From contig AP026155.1 in NCBI GenBank assembly GCA_030295235.1, forward strand, positions 310,001 to 374,000: DNA of 64,000 nucleotides, given 5' to 3'. Below, in pieces: positions 1-13,894 of this stretch; position 1 is the first letter of the stretch, and every line of letters starts with the position of its first letter. Below the pieces are notes generated by a model. The model saw only the letters and a program-made list of their open reading frames with translations. It had not been told where the DNA came from and searched no databases. A program made the position numbers and the translations under genes. This DNA is from Fistulifera solaris (Eukaryota).

Positions 1-764
1 GTTGGCGTAGTTGTTCAAGTTCTTACCGCCGGGAACTTCAACAAAGGAATCGGCCAAGCGAATAAACTCAGCGTTGGCCTTCAAGTCTTCCGGAGTGGCC
101 ATGGCCACAAAGGTAATGGCGCGCTCGTCGCCGAGTGTCATGTACGCCCACTGACGCATCGAGAGAATTGATTTGGTCGCCGCCATACCGTTGTTCGCAA
201 TGAGGACTTTGCGAATGACACGGTCACCACCACGGCTCTTGACGTAATCTTCGAGTGATTTGATGGTCGAGACGCCGCTCGCACTGGTGGCACTCGACTT
301 TTCGACCGTCGACCAGAGTGCCGTGTCGAAATGCTGGAGTGATGATTTGTCGGCTCGGGAAAGACCATTCTTCAAAAATGCAGAGGGTGCTTGAAGAAAA
401 GAAAGGATGGGTGAGAAAGAGGGTCACAAAGAACAAAACAGAACTGGGTCGAAACACAATAAAACAAGACATGGATCGACAAGATCCGTGTCCAGCGAGA
501 ATTAGGATCCAGGAACAACTCCGAGGCATGACGAGACAGCCTGGAACTATAGATACCGCTGTGATGAATCCAGTCAAAAGGAGGAAATCCGTACAAAATT
601 GAGACAAAGCAACACGCCTTGCTCTCAGGAAGCACACGTCCTCAGTTGCGACAACGAGGTGCGTGTGATTGGGTCGACTTACAATTTTGAGTAAATGCTG
701 ATACACCACTAGCAGCACTCCACAGTAAGTAGAGTGCCGCGGCAGCGTACCCTCGGTGAAACAT
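1..764 (-). CDS. ACC1: Plastid homomeric acetyl-CoA carboxylase, 5' part (runs off the window start)
   Basis: The minus strand at about 1-240 reads [78 protein letters not shown], the start of the eukaryotic ACCase biotin carboxylase domain. ATG at 764 gives the signal peptide [24 protein letters not shown] (ASAFAP-like). Probable intron about 594-371. Confidence 0.93.
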
Positions 765-990
765 GGTTTCAATCGAACGTAACCTTTTGGGTTTTTTTTT
801 TATGCGAAAACAATGTTGTTGTGATGATGATGGATTTGATGGGGAAAAAAGGGATGAATGGGAAAAAGATCTCCGAGGAGGAGAGTGGAGAGTAGGAGTA
901 CGTATGTGGCAGAATCGCACCCACTGCACACTTCATAGAGCCGTTGTCTCCGTACTCAACCCTACGTGGACCGTACGAAGGACGGGGAAG

Positions 991-1304
991 TGACGTATTC
1001 CGGTTCGAGATGTCATTTTTTATGAGATCGCCGTCGCGGTTTACGTCACGGTGTAGCGAGTGGAGTTAAAAGGATGATGTCACCGATTGCCGCTGTTCTG
1101 GGAGAGTTTGGGAAGTGCCAAACGAGGATGTGTCTGGATTGGGTCGCACCGACTTTCAGCATTTATCAGTAACGCAACGTCAGGCCACCATCAGTCTTAC
1201 GTCACTCTTTTCTAATTTCGGACCGACCTGCTTCCATTCACGATCTGTTCACGATTCAAGACACGATCATTTATTTCAACGATCAACGATCACACGATCA
1301 CTCG
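991..1304. promoter_or_regulatory. ACC1 upstream region with four TGACGT/ACGTCA bZIP-type sites and an ACGAT(C) motif array
   Basis: TGACGT at 991; ACGTCA at 1043, 1177 and 1199; six (C/A)ACGAT(C/T) copies at about 1239-1300. Confidence 0.4.
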
Positions 1305-1612
1305 TAATGCAGCAAAAGCAATAGGTTTATTCTACAGGCGGATTTTTTTTCTTTCAACTCTTTTTACAGTGGAACGAAACGGTTCACAACGACCTCAATT
1401 GTGCATCAACTCCTTGTAAGGTTATCTTGAGTCAGGTCTCCATTTTTCTCCATGGCCAACTGGATGTTCGGCAAGGAGCCTGGCCTAGAGACAAATTGCG
1501 TTTTCCCGATTGATCAGCTTGGCAGGTTCAACGAGGATGAAAACGGATGTACAATGAATAAAAGTCACACTGCAATATGTTAATGGCGATTGCTCTTTTT
1601 AGGTTTTTTTAC

Positions 1613-4600
1613 CTAATCACCAAAACCCTCTTCCTGCATTTTCTTGTACAGTTCCTTGTAGTCCACCTGATTCCGTCGGCGCTTCCGGCTGGGTGCATCG
1701 GGATCTTCCGGTGCATCCATTCCTACCGCCAACGCTGAGAAATTAGCTCGTCGCGAAACTTCCTCCATCGCTCTCAACTGATCGCGCTCTTGCTCCTTCT
1801 TTTTCTCTCGTTTCTCAAAAAGATGATGCTCGAAGGTGCTTTCCCATTCGCAATCTTGAGCATCGTACAGTTCGCGAGACTTGCAGCCGTCGACCAAGGC
1901 TCGCACGTGACTCGCCACGGACCGGGCAAACGGTGACACTATCCCACCATGGATTTTGTACCCACCCTCCAGCACCGATACAATTCGTCCGTTGCAGCAT
2001 GTATTGGCAATCTTCACCAATTGCTCAGTAATCCATTCGTAGTCTTCCTCAACCATGCCGACGTAACCGAAATTCATGGTGTCACGCCGATGTGCGTCAA
2101 ATCCGGCGCTGATGAAAATGATGTCCGGATCAAATTCACGTAAGTGCGGGAATATTTTCTTGCGATAATTGTCCCGGAGCTCGAGGCGTTGTTTCATACT
2201 GCGGGACTGCGGATCACCGTCCGCTTCAGGGAGTTCCAAACCAATGTTGATGATCTTACAACAGTTGGACTTGGAGTCTTCGCCCATTCGCGTCCAAGTT
2301 TGACTGAGAATAAAGTCTGTTAGGTTGGGATTTTCCACCATGGCCGGATGTGCGATAGCATCCGAGGTGTGCGTCTTGCCCGAAGCTGGATAAAACCAAC
2401 CGGGTTGATCAAAACCACGGTTTCCGTATCCATGCGTCGACGAAAAGAAAACGTTTTGGATGTCCGTCTCATCGAGCCATGGTCGGTAAGTACTTTGAGA
2501 TAGCTCCCCGATCGCGTAAGGAGTTCGGAAAGCAGTTCTTTCCGTGTTGGGAACGAGCTGTCGAATGATTTCCTCGGTTCCGTTCCCATGGTGTACATCA
2601 AAATCGACAATGGCAACGCGCTGTATACCTTCGTTCCGATACATACTGCGCGCGTACGCTGCTCCAATAGCAACATTATTCAACAGACAGAATCCGTGTG
2701 AACCACCTTCTGGATCGTTGGCACATTTGACGATGCCTCTCGGTCCAGCATGATGACCCGGTGGTCTCACAGCGCAGAAGGCGTTGCGCAAGTCGCCGGC
2801 AATGACTTTATCCACAGCTTCGCACACACTTCCGGCCGCTCTCATGGCCGCCTCAAAACTCCAACGTGATATGGCCGTGTCACCATCCAGATGCGCAATA
2901 GCGTTTGGATGATCAGGAATGGAAGACGCCAATCTGCTAATAGTCTCGACATAATTGTAATCGTGAACCTGCAACGCGTGGTTAGGAATGCACAACATCG
3001 AGTAGACAAGCAAATCATTAGTATGAACTGACCTTCAAAACATCTGATATGGCAACCCGTCGAGCCTCTTTTTTCCACAAAAGTGAGCTGAATTCACTGC
3101 CCTGTAAAATACCGGTCTCGGCATCCACCAGCACGTGAAGACGCCTGACGTTCTCTGGAGGCGGGTCAGGGGAGTTTCGGCGAATAGGAGGACATGTCCT
3201 GTGCAAGAGACAAAGTTCATGACAAAGAACCATAGTTTGACCATCCGGGTCGACCAACAGGTCGCGTATAGGAGGAATCGTACCGGTCTCCGGCGGATCC
3301 CCGAGGGTTTCCACCAAATCATTCGGAATAGACATGCCTTTCTTGTAGGCGACTTGTCCAGGTGTAAACCCCCTTCTATCGACAAGGGTGGTTGACGCTC
3401 CCGCTTGTATGAGAAGTCTAGCGACAGACCAGTTACCTCTAGAACAAGCAACATGCAGCGGAGTCCTGCCCATCACGTTTGTAGCGTCAATTTCGACTCC
3501 AGAGGATCCCAAAAGAACTAGTGTTAATAAAGCCTCGGTCGAAGAGTGTGTAGCTGCGTCGCTGTCTTTTTTCGATGATACGGCGGCTGCATCAGTGTTT
3601 CCCACGATACCGGGTATTGTGTGCATGGAACTAACCACGCTGCCGTCGGGGTGATGGTGGCTACGAACCTGTCCTGTAGCAAACGCAGACTTACTTAAAG
3701 CAGGGTTGTCGATCGTGTCGTAGCGCGCCGCGGCGTGTAATGCACGATTGCCTGCCCTATCAGCACGTGTGTTAAGCGTGGACAATCCTTCTTCGTCGGA
3801 TAGGATGTAGCTAGCTATTTGCGGCTGATTGAACATGCATGTGAGGTAGAGCGGAGTGTGCAAGGAATCGTCTTTCGCAGTTAAATCAGCTCCGTGTTCA
3901 TGAAGAGTCACAACACATTCATAAGAAAACTGACGATTGGCCAGGACGGCACCCATGCTGATAGCCGTGTGAATTGGTAAGCTCCCATCGCAACGAAGTC
4001 GAAATGAAGCCCCAGCTTCGAGCAGGACTTTCACATGATCGAGCTTTCGGGAAAGAATTGCAATATGCAGAGCTGTATTCTCGTCTTCGTCGCGCTCATT
4101 CACGTGGACATCGAGATCTCTTTCTAGTTTCTTCTTGATTGGAGCTTCTGTTTTTCCCTCATTGTCTTTCTGCTGATCAGCTGTGTCATCAATATCCATG
4201 CCGCTAGGACCTTGACTCTTTTCTTCACTTTGTTTCTCTTCTGGTTCTTTCGCGGAGTCATTATTTTCCATTTCCGCATCTGCGTTGACGATGCCTCCTT
4301 TCTCGGTCACCTCATGTTTCTCAGCTCCTTCAGCCGTCGGATGAAGGCTGGGTTTGAACGGCTGTGGCGAATGACCTATTGCCGCTGCATGCGCTGCAGC
4401 GGTCGAGTCATTCTCGTCGGACGAAGAATCATCTTCGTTTTCATCGTCGTCCACTTTTCTTTCTCTATCGCCATCTACTTCAACGTAAAGAAGTTTCTTG
4501 AATTTTAAAAATTTGAAAAAATGAAACGGCGAAGTAAACGTGTGAGAGGGTGCGACGGACAGGCACTCTGAAGCTTTGAAAGCTAAACGTTTCGATGGCA

Positions 4601-4768
4601 TCGGCAGCGTGCGGCGCAACGCGTCGACCTTGCACCGTTTGCACTTACTCGAAGCGTTTCAACGTCTTCAAATTCCACGCAATCATGAAGAGGATATCTT
4701 CGCTCAATTGCATCCGCAACATCTTCGAACGCGTCATAATCTTCCTCATCAGAAGAACCATCGCTCAT
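1613..4768 (-). CDS. Ankyrin-repeat / class II-like histone deacetylase, three exons
   Basis: Ankyrin motifs NTALHIAI, SLPIHTAI, HTPLYLTC, NRALHAAA and GRTPLHVAC, followed by HDAC motifs RPPGHHAG, GFCLLNNVAI, DFDVHHGNGT, SAGFDAH and LEGGY. Introns about 4648-4501 and about 3031-2971. Confidence 0.9.
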
Positions 4769-5550
4769 GGTCGCTGTGGTTCGCTGTCGATCGAATCGGT
4801 CCTTTGACTATCGGTGGGCGGCGTACTATTAACACCTATACGATATCCGATTGAGACGTTTCGGCTACAATGTAACATATATCCGAAACGTGCTACGACG
4901 TGGAGGTCTTTCGAGGCGGAGAAATGGAGATCGAGTCGGAGGACAGACGATAGTGCCTTAATTATCTCAACGCGGAAGAAAAATGAGTGGATTGCAAAAT
5001 TCAAACAAATCTCAGAACCACTTCGGAGTGCCCATTCACTATGAAATATATTGTAGTTCAATTTTCCCGATTTCGAACGGAAACGTAAGTGAAAATTTTG
5101 TGTGGTCAGAAATCGACAATCATTCGTCATTCTGACTGTCTCGCAAAAAGCACCCTTGGCAACCGTTACAGTTTTTGCGATAGTTAGGTGATCGTTGCTT
5201 CGTCGGTCAGACATCTCACTTATTATTATATACACCGATTTCGTTCAGCTAAGTATAAAACTTGATGCGTTAAATACAGGGAAGTACGTCCCGTCTTGCT
5301 TTAGAAAGTTATTTCATAGCTCAAAATACCGGTATTCAAACAAAAGTCACTTAGCAAACAAAGTCAAAGTCGCGCCGGCAGTTCCTTTCCCTCAAAACGA
5401 CGCCTTTCAGCTCACAAACACAACAAAACGAAGAACAACTTCGTGCTAAACTGTTGCTTTTTGTGCTTGCATGATTGCTTCTTGCACTAGAATTCTCAGA
5501 TTTTTGTTTAACGAAAAGAGTGTTTACGGTCGTAGAATCCATCGTTGAAT

Positions 5551-8500
5551 ATGAATTCAACGCCAGTCAAAGATCACTTCAGGATCACGCCCAAAAAAAC
5601 ACCGCGTGTGGGGCCTGGATCGAAGGCGAGCAGAGAGAACTTACCGAGAAAAGCCAAAAATACCCCTGTTAATTACAGTGACCAAAATGACAAGGCTGAA
5701 GAAGGTATCCAAGGTGAGTCCATGTTTCTTTTCGTGAGAACGACAGCGAGAAAACAATACTTACATTGAATTTGTTCTTTTATCATCGCAGTCGCAATTC
5801 GTATGCGCCCAATGAATAAGAAAGAGGCACAATCGAAAAAGATCTGGAAAGTGCTTCCGCGCTTCGCTTCCGTAACGCAGATGACCCCTGACGGGCAACC
5901 CCTTTCTGAAAGAGTGACCGGTCGAACTTTTTTCACATACGACAAAGCGTTTCCTGAAACGGCAACGACTCGAGATGTATATGATGCTATGGCGAAAGAA
6001 ATCGTACAGTCGGCTATCACTGGAGTCAATGGAACTGTATTTGCCTACGGTCAAACAAGCTCTGGTAAAACGTTTACGATGCAAGGATGTGGGACTATCG
6101 AGGAAGGTCTCAATGGAAACGGTGGTGGTATCGTGCATATGGCTGCTGCAGATATTTTTCAGAACATCGCGAATCAACCGAACCGAGTTTTTCTTGTTCG
6201 AGCCAGTTTTCTAGAAATCTATAACGAAGACGTCCGAGACTTGCTTTCCAGTGACAACAAAACACTACCGATCAGAGAAGATCCACGTCGTGGAGTGTTT
6301 GTGCAGTGCGAAGAGGAAATAGTCAGCAATTTTGAAGACCTCCTTGGTGTGTTATTTCGTGGAGACAAGTCCCGAAGCTTTGCTTCCACCGCTATGAACG
6401 AGAGATCGTCGCGAAGTCATACAATCCTTAGAATCACTATCGAAAGTCGAGAGAAAACGGTAGACGATGCTACTGGCGATGATAGTGACGGTGGTGGAGC
6501 CGTTTTAGTTTCAACACTGAATCTCGTTGATTTAGCAGGATCTGAAAGTGTTCGTCACACAGGTGCTACCGGTGAAAGACAGAAAGAGGGTGGTATGATC
6601 AATCAAAGGTAAGCTATTTAAGAGGCTCTGGCTAGTAGTGTTCGCCGTGGCATATTGCGCTCATCCAATTTTGTTTACGACCTGCAGTCTTTTGACCCTG
6701 TCGCGAGTGATTGTTGCACTGGGATCGTCCAATCAAACGCATATAAATTTCCGTGATTCGAAATTGACCCGTATTCTCCAACCGTCGTTGTCAGGAAACT
6801 CGAGGATTTCCTTTATTTGTTGCGCTACGCCTACCGAGATGTGTCTGGAAGAAACTCGGTCGACTTTGCAATTTGCCGCACGAGCTAAGCTTGTCAAAAC
6901 TAATGCCAGAGTCAATGAAGTCCTTGATGATCGCTCCATCATCAAGAAACTTCAGCGTGAGCTTGAAGAGGCTAGGAGACAGGCGAATGGACTTGGAGTT
7001 GAGCCGGAACATTTGAAAGCGTTGGAGAAAAAAGCCGCGTCGGCCGGATCGGCTGCACGTGAGGCGGAGGAGAAACTCAAACGTCTTCAAGCTTCTATTT
7101 TGAACAGCGGTTCGCTGCTTGGTGAGAAAAAGGACGATAGAACGGTCATAGTTCAAAAACGACGACTCTCTGAGGGGTGTGTGGGTTTGGCTTCTAATCA
7201 GACTCCGCAAAAAGTTCTCAATCAAATCCCTGAGTCGAATACCGCACCAAGATTGAATAAGAAGGCCCGTTCGCACCTGGTTCCCCGTGTCGAATCAGAT
7301 ACTGAACTCGGCCTTTACAAACAAGCTCTCCTAGCCAAGAGTTCGAGCTTAAGCAAGGAAAAGAAGGATCTTGCTTTGGCTTTGGAGAATGTCCAGCAAA
7401 GAGAAGTTGCACTGGCTGACGCGCTGGCAAAACTTAACGTCGTGACGCTTGAGAGGGACGAGCTAAACGAGCAGCTTTCTGGTGCATCGGGGCGTATTTT
7501 GGAGTTCCAGCAGAGTATCTCCGAGAAAGAGACCTTGATACAATCCGGTAACGACCAAATCGAGTCGCTAGTTCATCAGCTACAAACTCAGCTTACCGAT
7601 CGTCGCGACCTCGAACAAGTTGTGGACGTTCTTCAGTCGGAAAAACTTCAAATTGAGAAGGCTCTCAAAACCGCAATGGACGAGAAGAACCAAGCTGCCG
7701 ATAACTATGAGCACGACTGCGCCACATTGAAGAACGACTTGGAGAAGCTAGCATTCGCCTTTGAGGAAAAGTCTGAGCTCGTTGAGACCCTGATGGAAAA
7801 GTCTACAGAGTTATCAACATGCCTTTCAAAGGAGGAACATAATCGATCTATCATGGCGTTGGAGCTGAATAAATTAAAATCAATGCTTGTTAAGGCCGGG
7901 AAAGAGCGTGATGAGTTGCGGAAGCAGCTAGAGCAATCGAAAGAGATCAATTGTAAATTGGATGATCGCTTAAAGAAAGTTTCATGTGATCACGAAGAGA
8001 CGAAGAGTGCCCTTGAGCGTACTACAGCAGAGCTTTGCGATCAGAAATCTAAATGCTCTTCATTGGAAAGTCGCATTACAGGCTTTGAAAAATTTGTTAA
8101 AGAGCAAGAGGAGAAGCTTGCCGAATCGTCGGCTACTTTGACCGCAATGTCGAGGGACCTGGATTGCCAAAACGAATCGAACGGACTGCTTTCGGAGGAA
8201 AACAATACATTGAATGACGAGCTTCGAAAGGTTCGAGAGGAGAACGGCGTATTAAAAAGCGACTCTATTCGACTCGAGCACGGTCTTGTAGCGGCAAATC
8301 TCAAGATTGAGAATCTACTTGGCCAAGCTGGTGACGCTGCACAACTTAGATTGAAATTGGATAGCGTGATGGGGGATCTCGCTCGGCTGGAGACTGAGAA
8401 GATGGGTGTTGAGAAGGAGCTTTTATTGGTTTCTGAAAAGGAGGCAAAGTTGACAGCTGAGTTGTCACGACTATCCGAAGAAAATGGGTCGTTACAGTCA

Positions 8501-11500
8501 CAGATTGAGATCGGGGACGTATTGCTAGATGAATCACGCAATCAAACGTCCTCTCTTACAGACAAACTAACCAAGTTGTGCGAAATTCTAGAAGAAAAGA
8601 AAAAAAGAAAACGAAGGTCTTGTTGAACGCAATCATGAATTAGAATCGCTTCTCGATAATAGTCTCCAGAGGGTTAGTGCCATGGAACGAGAGCAAGAAG
8701 ATATGATTTCTAAATCAAAGGCTGAAATGGAGGAGCTGAAATCGTGCGTCGCACTGCTCGAGACCAACACTTCCGTACTTGTTGAGGAGAAAGAACACCT
8801 CAACAAACAGGTTGTCAATTTCGAAGAGGTGAAAGAAGAGCTGAAGAATCTAGGCGTTGAATGTGACGAGTACAAGAATCAGGTTTCGCTTCTACGCAAC
8901 GTTATTTCGGGTCATGTTGCCACATGCCAAAACTCAGCCAAAACCATCGCTGGACTACAGCTAGAACTTGCGGAGAGAAAACAACGTAACAGCGAGCTGC
9001 AGCACTATGAAGAAGCTGCCCAAAAAACAAAGCAGCACGTCGACGACCTAACGATTCAGCTTGAAGAAACCAAGGAACTAGTAACGAACTTGGAGAATCA
9101 ACTTCGTGCAACCGACGAAGAACTCGCGCGCTCAAAAGAGGAGCTCGTCACCATTCATGCTGAATCGAAGAATCATCAAAGCGTTATAAGGAAACTTGAA
9201 GAAGAAGTTTCGAATCGAGCCGAGGAGGTGGAATCAGTTCGCAATATTGGTGCGGATACTCTAAGATCGTACTCGGAGGAATCGGAAAACAGAATCAAAT
9301 TGCTGACGATGCAGCTTTCTTCGATCGAGAGCACAAAGAAAGAAATGGAGATGGAATTTTATGCCGCAAAAGAAAGTCTTCAAATGTACACTGAGGAAGT
9401 CTCAAAGCTGTCCATGGAAATCCGTAAGTTGAATGATCAAATGCTTCAAAGGGATCGGTTGATCGATGATTTGACTCTTCAAGTGAAGTCTGGCGACGAA
9501 GCAAAGCAAAGGATAGTCAACCTGAGTGAAGAGTTAGCTACTCTACAGGATGATTTGGATAAGTTGAATAAGCTGCATGCGGCAGCTGAGACGCGCTGCG
9601 CAGAACTTAATCAAGCAATCAGCGCGAAAGATGACGAACTAATAAATCTCCATGAAATGCTTGAATCCTCAATCGATAGAGAAACGTCGTTCAAACACAA
9701 GCTCAACGACTTGGAGGACGAACTAGCTACGAAAGAAACCATTCTAACGCAAAGTTTAGAGAGACATCAGCTCGATCGGCGGGAGCTTGCCGAGGAGATT
9801 GCAAAGTATCAGTCCACTATTGACGAACTACGCGAAACGTTGAATCAGAGCAAGTCTGCTCATGAGGACGGCTATTTGAAGGAAATCGAAGAGCTCAAAA
9901 TGCTGCTGACAAGTTCTAATACAATAGCGGACGAAGCTCAAGAGAAAATGCGCCAGGCACTTGCCGAGGTGTCGCGAAAAAACGAAGAAATAATTTATCT
10001 GACAAATAGAGCCGCTGATCTCAAAGAACGCCTTGGGCATGCTAATTCTCTTCACCAAAGTGGTGTTCAACCCAGTGAGGCATTGGAAGAAGCACTGTCA
10101 AAGAAGGATGAGCTTCAAAGAGACATGGAACTTATGAAAGCTAAACACTCCAAATTCGAGTCAGACATGATAACCTTGATGAGCGAGGAAAAGCACAGAA
10201 TTGTTACGGAGGCTGAAGAGAGGATGAAAGAAATCGAAGGAGAACTTCACAATACTCAAGAGCTTTTGCGACAAAGTGAGAGAGAAGCATATCTAGCGCG
10301 GCAGCGTTGTGACGAAATCCATGACCAACTCCGTACAGCAAGCTCATCATCCGCAGCACTTTTGGTGCAGGTTGGTCAATTGCAATCCGAGAATGACAAT
10401 CTTAAAAAGTCACTTCAACTCGAGGATGAGGCGCGAAGCAGCGAAAAGAAATCTCTGCTGGCAGAAGTGGAGTGTAGAGTGTTCGATTTGGAAACAGAAA
10501 AGCAAACCCTGCAAAGGGAGTTGGAACGAGCTGAGTTTACACGTCAATCCGAAGCGCTAAACTCGAAGGAGCTTCGAATTAAAGTATCGGAGATGGAGAT
10601 TCTTCTTCGAAACGCTACGGTTAAGGCGGAGGCGGTGAAGAAGTTAGAAGCTCGTTTGTCGACTGCTGAAGAGGAGATACTAACCAAAGAGAAACAAATT
10701 CGATCATTGTCAGAAGAGGTGCTGCGTTTGCAACAATCTGGAATTGGCGAAGAAGCAGCGCCCGATGTGATTTCGGAATTGAACGAACAAATAAGATTAA
10801 AAGACGAACGAATCAAGAAACTCAAGAAGAGCACTCTAACAAAAGAGCAGGTAGCAGCCATGAAGAAACTCAAGGTAGGTGCAATAAGCATAATCTGTTT
10901 TTTCGCTAGCCTGGAAGATCTAACAAGTTTGACTCGTAAAATTCCCAGGAAAAGAGCAAAATGGATCAGGAGAGTTTGAAGGCTGCACAACAAAAGATTG
11001 CCGAGCTAGAGATGTCGCTTCGATCAACGTCGTCAGGGGGACGCAGAAAGCACCGAGCTCACTCGGCTGCGTTTCCACATTGAAGCCATTGAAAAGAAGC
11101 TGCGAAAGTACGCATCGCACTGTCAGCAACTTGAAGAAGAAAGAGCGCGTTTGGCACATGTGCTCCGTGGAGCGAAACTGTCTGATATTGATCCTGAGGA
11201 TCTTTCGAGGTCGATTGTCAATTTATGTGATAAAGTCGCCTCGCTGGAAGAGAAATACAAAATGAGCGAGTCGAATCATCACGAGACTAAGATCATTGAC
11301 CAGCTCCAAACTCAAAACGCATCTCTTGAAAGTCGATTGAAGGAGTCACTATCCGAAATCAGCACCGTTCGAGCAGTGGAGCAGCGCCTAAAGGTCGAGC
11401 TATCCGTAATGCAACAAGAGCAGGAGAAGCTCCATAAATCTCTGAATGAATCGCGTCACTCAGCTGACTCCCTCATGTCCGACAGTACCCGAAAGCTACG

Positions 11501-11815
11501 ATTCCTGGAAAGGAGAATTTGCAGCTCATATCCGACTTGAAGACGATGCGCAAAGACTTACAGAACGCCAATGCTAAGATTTCCATGCTCGAACTGAAAC
11601 ACGCGAATATCCCCACCCCAGCTCCTTCTAGTCTGCCGAATCTTCCATCGTACAAACTGCCTCCCAAAGCCGAGATTACGGCCATGGACAAGGAGAACGA
11701 GCCGACCCGCACCAACGTCAACGCGCCCCCCAGTCCTGCTGTCAACAAACCCTTTAGCCGGCTCCATAATGCGCCAGTGGACGAAGAGAACACCCAAGAG
11801 TGTGCTCAAAGTTAG
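5551..11815 (+). CDS. CENPE: Kinesin-7 / CENP-E-like motor with a very long coiled-coil tail (introns and indels)
   Basis: Motor motifs AYGQTSSGKT, SFLEIYNE, MNERSSRSH, LVDLAGSE and HINFRDSKLTRILQPSLSGN, then well over 1000 aa of E/L/K-rich coiled coil. Introns about 5705-5790, 6609-6688 and 10875-10949. Confidence 0.85.
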
Positions 11816-12074
11816 ATGATTTTTTAGCAAACCAACGGAAAGTAGCTTTATTGACACACTGTTCCTTTTTAACTACTCGGAGTACTTTTTTCTCTTCTAG
11901 CTTCTTCGTGACTGCAATACGGGACTCATCACTTTTTTCGTTTCGAATGAATAGAAGAGAAAAAAAACACGCAACAACAACAACAACAAACTATACAAAC
12001 CCCATGTTCTTCAATCTTATTCCTTCAATCTTCTTCATTCATCCTTTATTCCTTCAATAAACATTTTCTACAGC

Positions 12075-12604
12075 ATGACAGAAAATGACGAAACGAATGA
12101 CGAAACGAATGATTACATTGTCACCACCACCAGTCATTGTTATATCAGTCGACGAGCGACCTTGGCGAATGCGGCACAGATGGAATTGAAAGGACGTTCG
12201 GTCATTCAAGAAGGTGTTCAGTTGCACGCCACGCGAATCGGACGATTTACGCACATTCAATCTCATACGACAATCCAAGCACCCACCGCCGGAGAAACAC
12301 TCATTCCGGTGACGATCGGATCGCATACGTGGATGGTGGTCATGTTCAATCGCACGCGGCTGCGATTGGGAGTTGTTGTCACATCGGGGATCATGTGAGA
12401 TTGGGAGAACGCGTCATTCTCAAAGATGCCGTCATTATCGCACCTCATGTTCACATTCCGGCCGATACCGTCATTCCACCGTTTACCTATGTATCGGCCA
12501 ATGGAAATTGGAAGGAATTGCCTCCGGCGATACTGGTCGAATTGCAAGAACAGTGTCAAAACTATTATTATCACGAGTTTCGTGCTCATAAAGAAAGTAT
12601 ATAA
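12075..12604 (+). CDS. DCTN5: Dynactin subunit 5 (p25)-like left-handed beta-helix protein (one indel)
   Basis: YISRRATL..LKGRSVIQ..PVTIGSH joins in another frame to AAAIGSCCHIGDHVRLGERVILKDAVII..DTVIPPFT, the p25 hexapeptide-repeat pattern. Confidence 0.75.
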
Positions 12605-12686
12605 ATGATTTGTTGTCACTTGTAACTTTTTAGTTTGAATACAACGCAACCGCTCTTCTTTCCCGTCTCTTTACAAATTATTGAGA

Positions 12687-13894
12687 TTATTCGTATTCGG
12701 ACCACCCCGATCCTTCTCTTCCACTACCGTTTGTTGCACCGCTTGTTGGAATTTGTAAAAACTCATGCTCTAAAAGACACTGTGTGAGAACGAAAATAGT
12801 CACAATCACATCACACAAATTCAACACACACACATAAACGCACCTGCAAAAGACTTTTCCCGGCCCCGTCAATGTCGTCGAGAAGCAACATTCTCCACCA
12901 AACGCCATGGTACAACATCGTCCATTGGGGACAATGCCCATTTGCACCGTCTCTTCCATGGCAATAATTGAAGTCGTATCGACGGTAATGGTTTCCTGGT
13001 CGTGCAATAATTGTTTATAGACAATCGTCCCGCCCGCATTCAAGAAAGTCGTGCCGGTTCCCGTAATTTTTTGTCGAAAACAACCCAAGCCGGCACAGCA
13101 ACACGTGACGGGGGAAACATCCATGTCGCAGCCTAAAACGATGCGAGTCGTCGAGGAGTGTGAGAAAGGACATTTTTGTTGTTTTGATTCGATCCACACC
13201 ACACCACACCACAACACAACAAATACCAGCAGATCCGATCATTCCGTACGTACGTACCAACGGTCACGTCCCCCACATGCGACAAGTAAACACCTTTTGT
13301 GCAATCAAAGACGTGTCGAGTGTTATGTGCTTGCCAAACTGGAATGGTCCGTGGCGTGTGTGTGAGAGAGTGTGAGCGAGAGCGAGAGCGAGAGCGAGTG
13401 AATGGAGTGAAGTGACAACGACGTCATCCACAAAGAAAGACCTACTTGAAGCGGCATAATTTTGGCCGGAAAATTGGGAGTAATACCAACAAATCCTTCC
13501 GTGGCACCTCCATTCACCAACAACACTTTGACACAGGACTCGCCTCCAAGAATTCGTTGACATCCTTCCCACACACTCTCCCGTGCACAAAGTGTCAAAT
13601 CAACCTTGGTTTGCAATTCGGGAGACCCAAACACATACGTCCCTATTTCTGTCACGAGTTGTTCTCCCGGAGGCAACGTCATGGCCAAAACTTGATAATC
13701 GTGTCCGGCAATACTCCATGTGGCCCCCGAATCATCTTGATGCGTCTCGGAACAGCCGCCAACGGCGGCGTGTACCAAAGGAAGCCCGAAGACAACGGAT
13801 CGGCCGTCACGGTGCGGCTATGGGTCATCGTCAATGGTACAACTTCATCGCCGGCCGCGAAATCGACGACAATATCGGGTTCTGCGTATGACAT
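12687..13894 (-). CDS. AIM24 / TIGR00266 family protein, copy 1 (three introns)
   Basis: IAGHDYQVL..EIGTYVF, GGESC..GITPNFPAKIMPL, CCCAGLGCFRQKITGTGTTFLNAGGTI, VDTTSIIA, GGECCFSTTLTGPGKVF. Confidence 0.82.

Noticed and set aside
1239..1304. Short repeats as a possible CRISPR-like array
   Set aside because: The units are only 6-7 bp with irregular spacing, in a eukaryotic context with no cas genes.
5551..12604. CENP-E-like kinesin adjacent to dynactin p25 as a mitotic motor cluster
   Set aside because: Two-gene adjacency with no shared promoter is easily chance.
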